Assembly: GCA_964291675.2 (NCBI GenBank)
Contig: OZ219866.1
Coordinates: 2,336,001 to 2,400,000 of the forward strand
Source of the DNA: Alphaproteobacteria bacterium
GTDB lineage: Bacteria; Pseudomonadota; Alphaproteobacteria; MPNO01
Length of the DNA stretch: 64,000 nucleotides
Reading direction: 5' to 3'
Every line of letters begins with the position of its first letter. Position 1 is the first letter of the stretch. The position numbers and the translations under genes were made by a program. Of this stretch, positions 30,664-40,097 are shown piece by piece. The notes below the pieces were generated by a model. That model saw only the letters and a list, made by a program, of their open reading frames with translations. It searched no databases and had not been told where the DNA came from.

Positions 30664-31737
30664 ATGTTCGTCAGGAATTCCTGGTACGTGGCGGCGTGGT
30701 CGGACGAGCTTCGGGACACGCCGCTGGGCGTGGTCCTGCTGCGCGAGCCGGTCGTGCTGTTCAGGGACGCCGACGGCGCGCCGATCGCGCTGGAGGACCG
30801 TTGCGTGCACCGGCGCGTGCCGCTCTCCATGGGGACCGTCTCGGGCGATCGCATCCAGTGCACCTATCACGGCTTCGTCTACGACCGCACGGGCGCCTGC
30901 GTCACGATCCCCGGACAGTCTTCGATCCCGGCGGAGGCGCGGATAAGGAGCTACCCGGCGGTCGACCGCCATGGCTGCATCTTCGTCTGGACGGGAAGCC
31001 CGGAAAGGGCGGACGAGGCCCTGATCCCCGATTTCGGGACGCTCGGGAAGCCGGGCTACGGCGTGACCAGGAAGCATGTCAGGCTAAAAACCCACTACCA
31101 GCTCATCATCGACAACCTGCTGGACCTTTCGCACCTCGCCTATCTGCATGCGTCCAGCGTCGGGCAGGCGGAGCTCGCGGAGCTGGCGAAGGTAACGACC
31201 GAGGTCGAGGGCGATATCGTGAGGGTCTCGCGATGGACGCTCGACGTTCCCGCGGTGCGCACCTATCGGCAGTTCGGCCGCTACGAGACCAATATCGACC
31301 GCTGGCAGATCTCCGAGTTCAGGCCGCCCTGCTTCTTCATCATCGACAACGGCGCCGCATCGGCCGGAACCGGCGCTCCCGAGGGCAAGCCCGGGGAGAA
31401 CCGCTGGGGCTTCAACGTGTGCCACGGCATCACCCCGGAGACCGACGGGACGACGCATTACTTCTGGGCCCTGTCGCACGCGTTCGGCGATACCGAGGAC
31501 CGGCTGCGGGAGTTCTACCGCCAGCAGCACGCGGTGGTCGGGGAGGACATCGCCATCTTCGAGGCGCAGCAGAGATCCATCGACCTCGATCCGTCGGCCA
31601 GGACCGTCGATTTCAAATACGACGCCGGACCGCTCAGGGCCCGCGAGATCGTGGAGCGGCTGGTCGCCGAGGAGGCCGGCGAGGCGGAAGCGGGCGCGCG
31701 GTCCGCGTCCGTTGACGGTCCTGCGTCCCCGTCTTAG
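30664..31737 (+). CDS. VanA-type Rieske oxygenase alpha subunit
   Basis: DRCVHR..CTYHG; DNLLDLSHLAYLH; GED. Confidence 0.92.
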   Translation: MFVRNSWYVAAWSDELRDTPLGVVLLREPVVLFRDADGAPIALEDRCVHRRVPLSMGTVSGDRIQCTYHGFVYDRTGACVTIPGQSSIPAEARIRSYPAVDRHGCIFVWTGSPERADEALIPDFGTLGKPGYGVTRKHVRLKTHYQLIIDNLLDLSHLAYLHASSVGQAELAELAKVTTEVEGDIVRVSRWTLDVPAVRTYRQFGRYETNIDRWQISEFRPPCFFIIDNGAASAGTGAPEGKPGENRWGFNVCHGITPETDGTTHYFWALSHAFGDTEDRLREFYRQQHAVVGEDIAIFEAQQRSIDLDPSARTVDFKYDAGPLRAREIVERLVAEEAGEAEAGARSASVDGPASPS

Positions 31738-31778
31738 CCTCGGCGAGTCGCTTCCACCCGGGTAGAGAGGAAATCCCG

Positions 31779-32528
31779 ATGGGCAACGCGCCTACCCTGT
31801 CCGAGCGCGCCGACGAGCTCGAGCACCGCCAGATGCGGGAGCTGGGCGAGCGCATCGTCGGCCAGTCCCTGATCTACAATCTCGCCCATGGCGAGCAGAG
31901 CCTGGGGGAGAACGCGTTCGGCGGGCGGATGCTGATGGGCGAGGACCCCCGCCTGCCGCCGCTGCCCGAAAAGCCCACATTGCTCGACTTCTTCCGCTGC
32001 CGTTTCGATCCCTTCGCGCTGGCCCATCTGCTGCAGAGCGCCAACCTCGCGCAGAAGAACGGCCTGCCGGACAAGATGGTGCTCGCCTGCCTGCTGCACG
32101 ACATCGCGGTGGCCGGGTTCATCCGCACCGACCACGGCTACTGGGGCGCGCAGATGGTCGAGCCCTATGTGGACGAGGAGGTGAGCTGGGCGATCCGCGC
32201 CCACCAGGCGCTCAGGTTCTTCGCCGACGAGTCGGTCGGCTACGACTACCCGGAGAACTACCGCAGGATGTTCGGCGACGACTACCGGCCCGAACCCTAT
32301 GTCGTGGCCGCCTACGAGGAGGCCAGGCAGCACAGATGGTACATGTCGGCCCGGATCATCTGCGTGAACGATCTCTACTCCTTCGATCCCGACGTCCATG
32401 TCGAGATCGACCAGTTCGAGGACGTCATCGGCCGCGAGTTCCGCCAGCCCGAAGAGGGGCTCGGCAACGACAACACCAGCGCCTCGCATCTGTGGCGCAC
32501 GATACGCTGGCCCGCCAACGCGCTGTAG
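31779..32528 (+). CDS. HD-domain protein (PhnZ-like His pattern)
   Basis: HLLQSA..ACLLHDI..DHGYWGA..PYV..WAIRAH..D..SFDP. Confidence 0.7.
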   Translation: MGNAPTLSERADELEHRQMRELGERIVGQSLIYNLAHGEQSLGENAFGGRMLMGEDPRLPPLPEKPTLLDFFRCRFDPFALAHLLQSANLAQKNGLPDKMVLACLLHDIAVAGFIRTDHGYWGAQMVEPYVDEEVSWAIRAHQALRFFADESVGYDYPENYRRMFGDDYRPEPYVVAAYEEARQHRWYMSARIICVNDLYSFDPDVHVEIDQFEDVIGREFRQPEEGLGNDNTSASHLWRTIRWPANAL

Positions 32529-32538
32529 CTTCCGCAAC

Positions 32539-32694
32539 CGTCCTTCGATACGCCCGCCTGCGGCGGGCTACTCAGGATGAGGGAATTTTCTTGAGGCCCA
32601 ACAACCCCGCCTCATCCTGAGTAGCGGCGAAGCCGCGTATCGAAGGACGCGCCCCGGCCGCGTCGGCGGTTCCACCTGAAACGGACAGGCTCTA
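32539..32694. repeat. Family A palindrome (32539-32649) plus family C motif (32667-32694)
   Basis: Same arms as 22299-22406; the C motif starts at the TAG stop of the adjacent minus-strand gene. Confidence 0.88.
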
Positions 32695-33606
32695 TTGCGA
32701 GGGCGCCTGGCCCAGGCAATCGGGCAGGACCTCTTCCAGCGGGGTCGGTTCGATACCGAGATCGCTCAATCCCGGCGCCCCTTCGCCGACGACATTGTCG
32801 CGCTTCATCAGCGTCACCTGATCGCGGGTCAGCGGCGGGTCGGGGTGCAGGGCCATCGCGGCGGCCAGCATGTCCCAGACGAGGAACGGGACCGGGATCG
32901 TGGCCGGCCGCCTGCCGATGCGCTGGAGCACCAGGCCTGCCAGCTCCCTGTAGGCGTAGACCCGCGGCCCGCCGATTTCGTAGACGCGCCCTTCGGTGCG
33001 GGGCTCGGCCAGCACATTCACGCAGGCTTCGGCCACGTCTCCGACGAATACGGGTTGCAGTCTCGTGCCGCCTGTTCCGAAGAGCGGCAGGACCGGGCTT
33101 TGCCGCGCGATGCCGGCGAGTTTGTTGAGCAAGGAATCGTCCGGCCCGAATATCACGCTCGGACGCAGGATCGTGACGCCGGCGAAGGCGTCCCTGACGA
33201 GGCGCTCGCCGACCCCCCGGGCGCGGACATACCGGGAGTCCGACGCGGGATCGGCGCCCAGACCCGAGACATGGACCAGCCGCCCGACACCGGCCCGGCT
33301 CGCCTGCCGGGCGACATGCAGGGCGCCCTGTCCGTGGATCGCGTGGAATGTCGCGCCGCGCCGCTCGACATAGTGGCCGACGGCGTTGACGACCGAAGCC
33401 GAACCCTGCACCGCCCGCGCGACCCCGGACTCCTCGGATATGTCGGCGCGCAAGGCCTCGACCCGGCCGTTCCCGGGCCGGAACGAGGCGCGCTCGGGGT
33501 GGCGCACGGCGACCCGCACCTCCACCCCCGCCTCGGACAGGCGCGCCACGATCCGGCGGCCGAGGAACCCCGACCCGCCGAATACCGTTACCGGTCCCGG
33601 CGTCAT
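32692..33606 (-). CDS. Complex I NDUFA9-like atypical SDR / NAD(P)H-binding protein
   Basis: TVFGGSGFLGR, ILRPSVIFGPDD, LQPVFVGDVA, YEIGGP. Confidence 0.88.
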   Translation of the reverse strand: MTPGPVTVFGGSGFLGRRIVARLSEAGVEVRVAVRHPERASFRPGNGRVEALRADISEESGVARAVQGSASVVNAVGHYVERRGATFHAIHGQGALHVARQASRAGVGRLVHVSGLGADPASDSRYVRARGVGERLVRDAFAGVTILRPSVIFGPDDSLLNKLAGIARQSPVLPLFGTGGTRLQPVFVGDVAEACVNVLAEPRTEGRVYEIGGPRVYAYRELAGLVLQRIGRRPATIPVPFLVWDMLAAAMALHPDPPLTRDQVTLMKRDNVVGEGAPGLSDLGIEPTPLEEVLPDCLGQAPSQ

Positions 33607-33618
33607 CGGCCCGACGGC

Positions 33619-33636
33619 GGTGAGAAATGCGGGCTA
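33619..33636. repeat. Isolated family D terminal repeat remnant
   Basis: GGTGAGAAATGCGGGCTA matches 15571-15588 with one mismatch. Confidence 0.6.
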
Positions 33637-33996
33637 CGCGTCGGCCGGCACCCAGGGGGGCAGGGGGGCTCCGCCGCAATAGTGGTTCTCCCCCGGGTTC
33701 TCGCGGAACACGACATAGATGTCGGCGGGCCGGACGCCCATCGCGTCGTCGAGGACTTCGGCGATGGCGTCGGCCAGCGCCTGCTTGCGCGCGGGCTCGC
33801 GGCCCGGCCTGAGGTCGATCTCGACCAGCGGCACCCCGTCGCCGATCTCCGCGACCACCTCGCGCACGGCGACATAGTCGTACTTGGTCTCCTTGGGCGC
33901 GAGCGTCCTCAGCACCGCCGCCTTGACTTCGCTGCGGATGGTCTTCTGCGTCTCGACCGGCGTGCCGGTGGGGACTTCGACGCGGATCACGGGCAT
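33634..33996 (-). CDS. Tautomerase superfamily protein (two beta-alpha-beta units)
   Basis: N-terminal MP (catalytic Pro1), GRE..RKQAL, DIYVVFRE. Confidence 0.78.
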   Translation of the reverse strand: MPVIRVEVPTGTPVETQKTIRSEVKAAVLRTLAPKETKYDYVAVREVVAEIGDGVPLVEIDLRPGREPARKQALADAIAEVLDDAMGVRPADIYVVFRENPGENHYCGGAPLPPWVPADA

Positions 33997-34025
33997 CGGC
34001 GGGATCTCCTTGAGTGCCGGGCGGT

Positions 34026-35027
34026 TCAGGACAGGGCGTCCTCGGCGAGCCGGCTCGCGAGCACCTTCTCGTAGCGGTAGTCGCCATAGGTCACCGGCTC
34101 GTATCGGATCGGGTTGCCGGGGCCGTGGCAGGTCTCGATGCAGCTTATCTCGACGTCGTGGCCGGGCTGGTGGAAGAAGGCGATGGAGAGCCGTTCGGCG
34201 TCGTCCTCGCTGCGCGGCGGGTTGACCACCCGGTGCAGGGTCGACACCCAGCGGTCGTTGGTCCAGCGCGCCATCATGTCGCCGATATTGACCACGAAGG
34301 CGCCTTGCGGCGGGCGCACGTCGATCCATTCGCCGTCGGGGGAGAGGGCCTGCAGCCCGCCCGGCCGGTCCTCGCCGTAGAGGACGGTCAGCGTGCCGTA
34401 ATCGGTATGGGCGCCGGCGCGAAGCTGGCCCGGCAGCGGCGCCTCTTTCTGGGCCATGTATTTGTTGAAGCGGATATGGCTGATCGAGCGCGCGATCTTG
34501 TCGTCGAACCAGCGCTCGTCGATGCCGAGCGCGATCGCGAAGATCCGCATCAGCTCGTCGCCGATGCCGTCGAGCGCCCGGTAATACGCCTCGAAGACCG
34601 GCCGCATCCGGGCCGGGCGCTCCGGCCACAGGTTGGGCGCGAAGAAGTCCAGCCCGTGGCCCCCGGTGTAGTAGGGATCGTCCGGCAGGTCGAAATCGCC
34701 CATGCCGAACACCTCCTGCAAGTCGGGCGGGGACTCGTTGCCGTGCGTGGCGGCGAGCTTCTGGTTCGCCGGCGGGTCGTAGCCCCTGGTCGCGGCGATG
34801 CGCGGTCTCGGGATCCGCATCTTCTCTTCCAGCGGCAGGGCGAAGAACTCGTAGGCGAGGTCGCGCGTCTCGCGCACCAGCGCGTCCGGGACGCCGTGGC
34901 CCACGACGGTGAAGAAGCCGATGGTCTCCAGCGCCTCGCCCACGCGCCCGGCGACAAGCCGCTTGCCCGCCGGATCGCCGGCGAGAACCGGCGCGATGTC
35001 GATCTCGGGAATGCGGTCCGATGCCAT
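34026..35027 (-). CDS. Isopenicillin N synthase family 2OG-Fe(II) oxygenase
   Basis: IPEIDI, GFFTVVGHGV, AHTDYG, VNIGD, STLHRV, RLSIAFF. Confidence 0.93.
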   Translation of the reverse strand: MASDRIPEIDIAPVLAGDPAGKRLVAGRVGEALETIGFFTVVGHGVPDALVRETRDLAYEFFALPLEEKMRIPRPRIAATRGYDPPANQKLAATHGNESPPDLQEVFGMGDFDLPDDPYYTGGHGLDFFAPNLWPERPARMRPVFEAYYRALDGIGDELMRIFAIALGIDERWFDDKIARSISHIRFNKYMAQKEAPLPGQLRAGAHTDYGTLTVLYGEDRPGGLQALSPDGEWIDVRPPQGAFVVNIGDMMARWTNDRWVSTLHRVVNPPRSEDDAERLSIAFFHQPGHDVEISCIETCHGPGNPIRYEPVTYGDYRYEKVLASRLAEDALS

Positions 35028-35083
35028 CCGAAGTCCTCTCCGCCCCGATCGAACCACGTTCGCCCGCGTCGGTTCAAGCCTAG

Positions 35084-35218
35084 CCCGCACTTCCCGCCAG
35101 GGTCACGGTCTGCGTCGCGCGCAGGCGTTCGATCCGCCAGGAGCGGGCCGAAAAGCGTAGCCGTGCCTACGGTCGAGGCCCGCGATGCGCAGACCATGAC
35201 CCTGGCGGGAAGTGCGGG
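35084..35218. mobile_element. MITE-like element, family D (135 bp, intact, CTAG on both sides)
   Basis: 31-bp TIR CCCGCACTTCCCGCCAGGGTCA(C/T)GGTCTGCG with 1 mismatch; CTAG at 35080-35083 and 35219-35222. Confidence 0.9.
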
Positions 35219-35267
35219 CTAGCGCTTTGGCGTATCATCGGCGCGTCCGGTCCGATGGAGAGCCCGA

Positions 35268-36968
35268 ATGGCGATGCAGCCCCTCATCCATGCCACCCGC
35301 CACATGGTGAGCTCCGGCCACCATCTGGCGACCCAGGCGGGCTACGACGTGCTCGAAGCCGGCGGCAACGCCGTCGACGCGGGCGTCGCCGCCGGGATCG
35401 CGCTCGGCGTGGTGTACCCCGATCTGGTGCAGTTCGCGGGCGTCGCCCCGATCATGATCTACCTGGCCGAAGAGGACCGGGTCGTCACCGTCAGCGGGCT
35501 CGGCTGGTGGCCGCGCGCGGCCTCGCTCGAGCGCTTCGTCTCCGAGTTCGGCGGGCGCATCCCGGACGGCATCCTGCGCACCGTCGTCCCGGCCGCGCCC
35601 GATGCCTGGATCGCCGCGCTCGGGCGCTACGGCACGATGCAATTCTCCGAGGTGGCCGCCGCCGCGCTGCGCTATGCGGGCGAGGGGTTCTCGGTCCATC
35701 CTCCGCTCCGCAACAACCTCGCCGCCCATGCCGGGGAATACCGCCGCTGGCCGCAGAACCTCGAGATCTACCTGCCCGGCGGAGAGCCGCCCGCCCTCGG
35801 CGAGCGCTTCGTGCAGGCCGACCTCGCGGGCTCCATCCGCTACATGATGGACCAGGAGGCGGCGGCGCGCGGCGGCCGCGACGCCGGCCTCGCCGCCGCG
35901 CGCGATGCCTTCTACCGCGGCGACCTCGCCCGCGAGATGGCGCGCTACCACGCGGAGGTCGGCGGCTGGCTCACCATGGAGGACCTCGCCGGGTACCGCA
36001 GCGCGTTCGAGGACCCGGTGGTCGCCAGGCTCGGCGAGATCGAGCTTTTCACCTGCGGCGCCTGGTGCCAGGGGCCGGTCCTCGCCCAGATGGCGAGCCT
36101 GCTCGACGGACTCGACATCGCGGCGCTGGGCCACAACAGCCTGCCCTACGTGCACACCGTGACCGAGGCGATGAAGCTCTGCTTCGCCGACCGCGAACGC
36201 CATTACGGCGATCCGCGGTTCGTCGACGTTCCCCTCGCCCGTCTGCTGTCGCCCGGCTACAACCGGGAGCGCCGCGCCCTCATCCGCCCGGACGAGGCAT
36301 GGCCCGACATGCCGCCGGCGGGCGGAGAGGACGCCGTGGAAGCCGCCGGGGCGGAGGCCGGGACGTCGCCGGTGCCGGCATCCCCCGACACCTCCTATTG
36401 CTGCGCCGTCGACCGCGACGGCAATTGCTTCTCCGCCACGCCGAGCGACGTGTCGTTTCAATCGCCGGTCGTCCCCGGCACCGGGCTGTGTCCGTCGTCG
36501 CGCGGCTCGCAGTCCTGGGCGGTGCCCGGCCACGCGTCCTCGGTGGCGCCGGGCAAGCGCCCGCGGCTCACCCCCAACCCCGCCTTCGCGAGAATCCCCG
36601 GCCGCCTGGCGATGCCCTTCGGCACCCCGGGCGGCGACGTGCAGACCCAGGCGATGCTCCAGGTCCTGCTCAACGTCACGAGCTTCGGCATGACCGTCCA
36701 GGACGCGATCGAGGCGCCCCGCTTCGCGACCCACAGCTTCCCCAACTCGTTCGAGCCGCACGACGCGTTCCCCGGCCGGCTGGTCGTCGAGGATGGGATT
36801 CCCCGGCCCGTCGCCCGGGAGCTCGCCGCGTTGGGCCACGATGTCGAGCGGGTGGAAGATCGCTCGATCGGGATGGGCGCGGTCTGCGCGATCGGGCAGG
36901 ACCTCGGGACCGGGATCATGGAAGGCGGCGCCGATCCGAGGCGCATGAGCCGCGCGATGGGCCGTTGA
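35268..36968 (+). CDS. Gamma-glutamyltransferase family Ntn hydrolase
   Basis: GGNAVDA, FYRGD, nucleophile DTS, PGKRPRLT, GTPGGD, GADPRR. Confidence 0.92.
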   Translation: MAMQPLIHATRHMVSSGHHLATQAGYDVLEAGGNAVDAGVAAGIALGVVYPDLVQFAGVAPIMIYLAEEDRVVTVSGLGWWPRAASLERFVSEFGGRIPDGILRTVVPAAPDAWIAALGRYGTMQFSEVAAAALRYAGEGFSVHPPLRNNLAAHAGEYRRWPQNLEIYLPGGEPPALGERFVQADLAGSIRYMMDQEAAARGGRDAGLAAARDAFYRGDLAREMARYHAEVGGWLTMEDLAGYRSAFEDPVVARLGEIELFTCGAWCQGPVLAQMASLLDGLDIAALGHNSLPYVHTVTEAMKLCFADRERHYGDPRFVDVPLARLLSPGYNRERRALIRPDEAWPDMPPAGGEDAVEAAGAEAGTSPVPASPDTSYCCAVDRDGNCFSATPSDVSFQSPVVPGTGLCPSSRGSQSWAVPGHASSVAPGKRPRLTPNPAFARIPGRLAMPFGTPGGDVQTQAMLQVLLNVTSFGMTVQDAIEAPRFATHSFPNSFEPHDAFPGRLVVEDGIPRPVARELAALGHDVERVEDRSIGMGAVCAIGQDLGTGIMEGGADPRRMSRAMGR

Positions 36969-37046
36969 CCGCCGCCTGCCGCGCGCCCCCGGCAACAGGC
37001 CGGGCCAAGCTGTAGCGTCGAGGATCGATCGTAGAATCGCGTCGGT

Positions 37047-38078
37047 TCAGCCGGGCTTACGGGCCAGGAAACAGTAGAGCGGCGTGAATATGCCCATCTT
37101 GCCGCTCGCGACATAGGCTTGGGCCGTTCGCTCCATCAATTGGACAACGGCCGCGGAGCCCCTTGGAAATAGCCGGATCAGCTCCGCCATCCGCAGACCC
37201 GCGACCAACGCCTTGCGGCCCACGGGCGTTCTGCGAAATGCATTGCGCAATGTCCCGCTCCGGCTCTCCATGGGCCGATACCAGGGTATGCCCTGGCCTT
37301 CCCTGTTGTCCATATCCCGAGCCGCGATAACGTCGAATCCCGCGGCCTCAAGCGCGCAGTTCACCTCCGAGAACGTGGCGATGTCCTTCAGGGCAATTCC
37401 CAGCTTCAATTCTTCCTTGACGGTCCGGTGAAGGCGATCGCCGGGGTCGAACCTGTCCGTCACGCACATCTCCTGACCCCAGAACAGGGCCCCTGGTTTC
37501 AGCACACGATGGATTTCCGCAAATGCGCGCCTCTTGTCGGCTGCGTGGCAGGTCGACTCGATCGCATAACCCGCATCGAAAGAGCTCGGCTCAATCGCAC
37601 TCATATCCGAAAAGTCGCACTCGATGTACTCCGCCATGTCGTCGAGCCCCGTCTCGACGTTGATTCGCCTGGCCTTTTCCAGCTGCTGTGCGTTGTTGTT
37701 GATGCAGACAACCCTGGCGCCGCTTTCGCGGGCGACCCGCCGCATCGGACCGCCCACTCCGCAGCCAACGTCGACAATCACCATGCCTTCTCGCAATTCC
37801 AGCCGTTCGATCATCAGGCGTTGATGGCGGGCGATGGATTCCTCCAGCGATTCCTCGCGTGTCAACGGCGCGAAGTGCAGCGACTCGCCCCACCCGAATT
37901 GCATGAATTCGCTACACAAATCATAATATTCGTTCACCGTCTCGGCGACGTAACAGTCGATATCATCGGCATCGACCTGTCCCATTCCGTCAAACCGGCC
38001 TTCAAAATGTGCAACGCGACTCCCCACGTCCCAGCCTCGATAAACGCTCCACAGGGATTTGGAAAGACGCGTCGACAT
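37047..38078 (-). CDS. Sterol 24-C-methyltransferase-like SAM methyltransferase (ERG6/SMT family)
   Basis: VNEYYDL..GWGESLHFA, DVGCGVGGPMR, INNN..Q, YAIESTCHA, RVLKPG, C-terminal GIFTPLY.FLARKP. Confidence 0.88.
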   Translation of the reverse strand: MSTRLSKSLWSVYRGWDVGSRVAHFEGRFDGMGQVDADDIDCYVAETVNEYYDLCSEFMQFGWGESLHFAPLTREESLEESIARHQRLMIERLELREGMVIVDVGCGVGGPMRRVARESGARVVCINNNAQQLEKARRINVETGLDDMAEYIECDFSDMSAIEPSSFDAGYAIESTCHAADKRRAFAEIHRVLKPGALFWGQEMCVTDRFDPGDRLHRTVKEELKLGIALKDIATFSEVNCALEAAGFDVIAARDMDNREGQGIPWYRPMESRSGTLRNAFRRTPVGRKALVAGLRMAELIRLFPRGSAAVVQLMERTAQAYVASGKMGIFTPLYCFLARKPG

Positions 38079-38247
38079 CTGCCAAATGTCCTATCCTGAC
38101 TATTGATCATATCGCAGTCTGTCCGTATCGACTATCGCCACCTTCAGGCGGGGTCCTTTCCTCCTCGTCCCGTCAACGGCCGTTGCGGCACGGCCGCGCC
38201 TATGCCGTGCGGAGCGCCGATCGATCCCCGAGCGAACGGTATCGGGG

Positions 38248-39282
38248 TTATCCGGCGAGCGCCGGGCGGATGCGGTCGGCGATCAGGTCGATCGCCGCCA
38301 TGCGGTCGGGGCCGAGCACCTGGTAGAGCACCGGGGTCCTGAGCCCGGCGGCGGCGTAGGGCTTGAGCCCTTCGATGCACTCCTCCGGGGTGCCGGCGAC
38401 CGCGAGCGCGGCGACCACGTCGTCGTCGAGCGCATCGACCGCCCGTTCGTACCGGTCTTCGGCATACGCCGCCCTGAGCCCCGCCTGGAGGATCTGCATG
38501 CGAGCGACATCGAGGCCGGCGAACTCGAAGCGGATCGTGTCCGGGATGCGCATCAGGTAATGGGCGATCAGCCGCCTCGCGGCATCGCGCGCCGCATCGC
38601 CGTCCTCGTCGACCGAGAAGACGATGTATGAGGCGATGTCGATGTCCTCGATCGTGCGGCCGGTGCCGGCGAGCGCCGCGCGCACATGTCCCAGGCAGTG
38701 TTCGGCGAAGGCCGGGCTGGTGAAAACGCTGAAGAACACCCCGTCCGCCAGCGGGGCGGCCATCTTCAGCGTGCGCGGCCCCATGGTGCCGAAATAGAGC
38801 GGCACGTCCGCCCTCACCGGTGCGAAGGTGAGCCGCGCGCCCGGCGCGGGCAGGCGGTAGAGCGCGCCCTCGAAGGCCACGCGGTCGCCGCGCAGCATGC
38901 CCCGGCAGATCGCCGCCGCTTCCCTGAGCGCGGCAATCGGGCGCGGGTTCTCCAGACCGTGCGCCGCGATCGACGACCAGCCGGCGCCCAGCCCGAGGAC
39001 GAGGCGCGGGCCGGCGAGCTCCTCCAGATCGGCCACCGCCATCGCGATCTGCGCCGGGTGGCGCGTGTACGGGTTGACGATGCCGAGGCCGATCTCGATC
39101 GCCTCGGTCGCCGTGGCGATCGCGGTGGCCTGGACGAAGATGTCGCGGCTGTGGTGGTCCTCGGCAAGCCACAGCCTGCGAAACCCGCGCGCCTCGGCCC
39201 GCAGCGCCGCCGCGCGGTTGTCGGCGGTGGACGAGATGCTGTAGAGGCCGATCTCCAGCGCCTTGAACCGTGTCCCGGTCAT
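38248..39282 (-). CDS. LLM-class flavin/F420-dependent oxidoreductase (Mer-like)
   Basis: LWLAEDH, IVNPYTRHP, LGLGAG, GPRTL..ADG, VAGTPEEC. Confidence 0.88.
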   Translation of the reverse strand: MTGTRFKALEIGLYSISSTADNRAAALRAEARGFRRLWLAEDHHSRDIFVQATAIATATEAIEIGLGIVNPYTRHPAQIAMAVADLEELAGPRLVLGLGAGWSSIAAHGLENPRPIAALREAAAICRGMLRGDRVAFEGALYRLPAPGARLTFAPVRADVPLYFGTMGPRTLKMAAPLADGVFFSVFTSPAFAEHCLGHVRAALAGTGRTIEDIDIASYIVFSVDEDGDAARDAARRLIAHYLMRIPDTIRFEFAGLDVARMQILQAGLRAAYAEDRYERAVDALDDDVVAALAVAGTPEECIEGLKPYAAAGLRTPVLYQVLGPDRMAAIDLIADRIRPALAG

Positions 39283-39302
39283 GCCGATCCTCCCCCGCGC
39301 CG

Positions 39303-40097
39303 TCACCTGGCGGCGAGCGCCCTCTCCACCTCCGGCCAGGCGCTCTCGTTGCGATCGCGCAGGAGGTCGTCGTAGCCGACGGGCGGGAACGCGGTGAAGG
39401 CGGCGTCGTAGGACGGCCGCGCGCGCAGCGCGTCGTACCAGGCCGCGACGCGCGGCAAGCCGTCCCACATCGGCGCGAGGCCGAGCCGGTCGAGGCGTTC
39501 CACATAGGGCGCGATGCAGGCATCGGCGAGCGAGAATTCTTCGCCCGCGAGCCACGCCCCCCGCGCCAGCGCGGCCTCCATGTCGTCCAGCATTCCGACG
39601 AACGCGATCACCGCGTCCCGGACGAAGTCCACGTCGAAGCCCCGCTCCATGATCTGGCGCTGGCGGGCGGCGCGGCGCGGGTCCGGCATGCCGTTCAGGC
39701 GGCGCTCCAGCGCGTCCTCGTCGAACCCGGCCTTGAGCTGGCGCGCGAAGGCGCTGGCGAAGGACACCGACGCGCAGTGCACGTGGATGCCGTCGTCCGG
39801 CACCCGCGCCCAGAGCCGCATCAGGGACCGCGCATACGGATCCTCCGGCCTGAGCGGCGGGTCGGGATAGGCATCGTCGAGGTATTCGCAGATCACCGTC
39901 GACTCGGTCACGATCCTGCCGCCGTCCACCAGCGCCGGCACCACGCCCTTGGGGTTGACGGCGAGATAGGCCGTCCCGGTCTGCTCGCCCGCCACCAGGT
40001 CGACGTGATGGCCGACCCAGTCGAGCCCCTTTTCCGCCAGCACGAGGCGGACCTTCTGGGCGCAGACCGAGATGTTGTGGTGATAGAGCTCAAGCAT
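39303..40097 (-). CDS. Glutathione S-transferase family protein
   Basis: LYHHNISVCAQKVRL, NPKGVVPAL, ESTVICEYLD, FSLAD. Confidence 0.93.
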   Translation of the reverse strand: MLELYHHNISVCAQKVRLVLAEKGLDWVGHHVDLVAGEQTGTAYLAVNPKGVVPALVDGGRIVTESTVICEYLDDAYPDPPLRPEDPYARSLMRLWARVPDDGIHVHCASVSFASAFARQLKAGFDEDALERRLNGMPDPRRAARQRQIMERGFDVDFVRDAVIAFVGMLDDMEAALARGAWLAGEEFSLADACIAPYVERLDRLGLAPMWDGLPRVAAWYDALRARPSYDAAFTAFPPVGYDDLLRDRNESAWPEVERALAAR

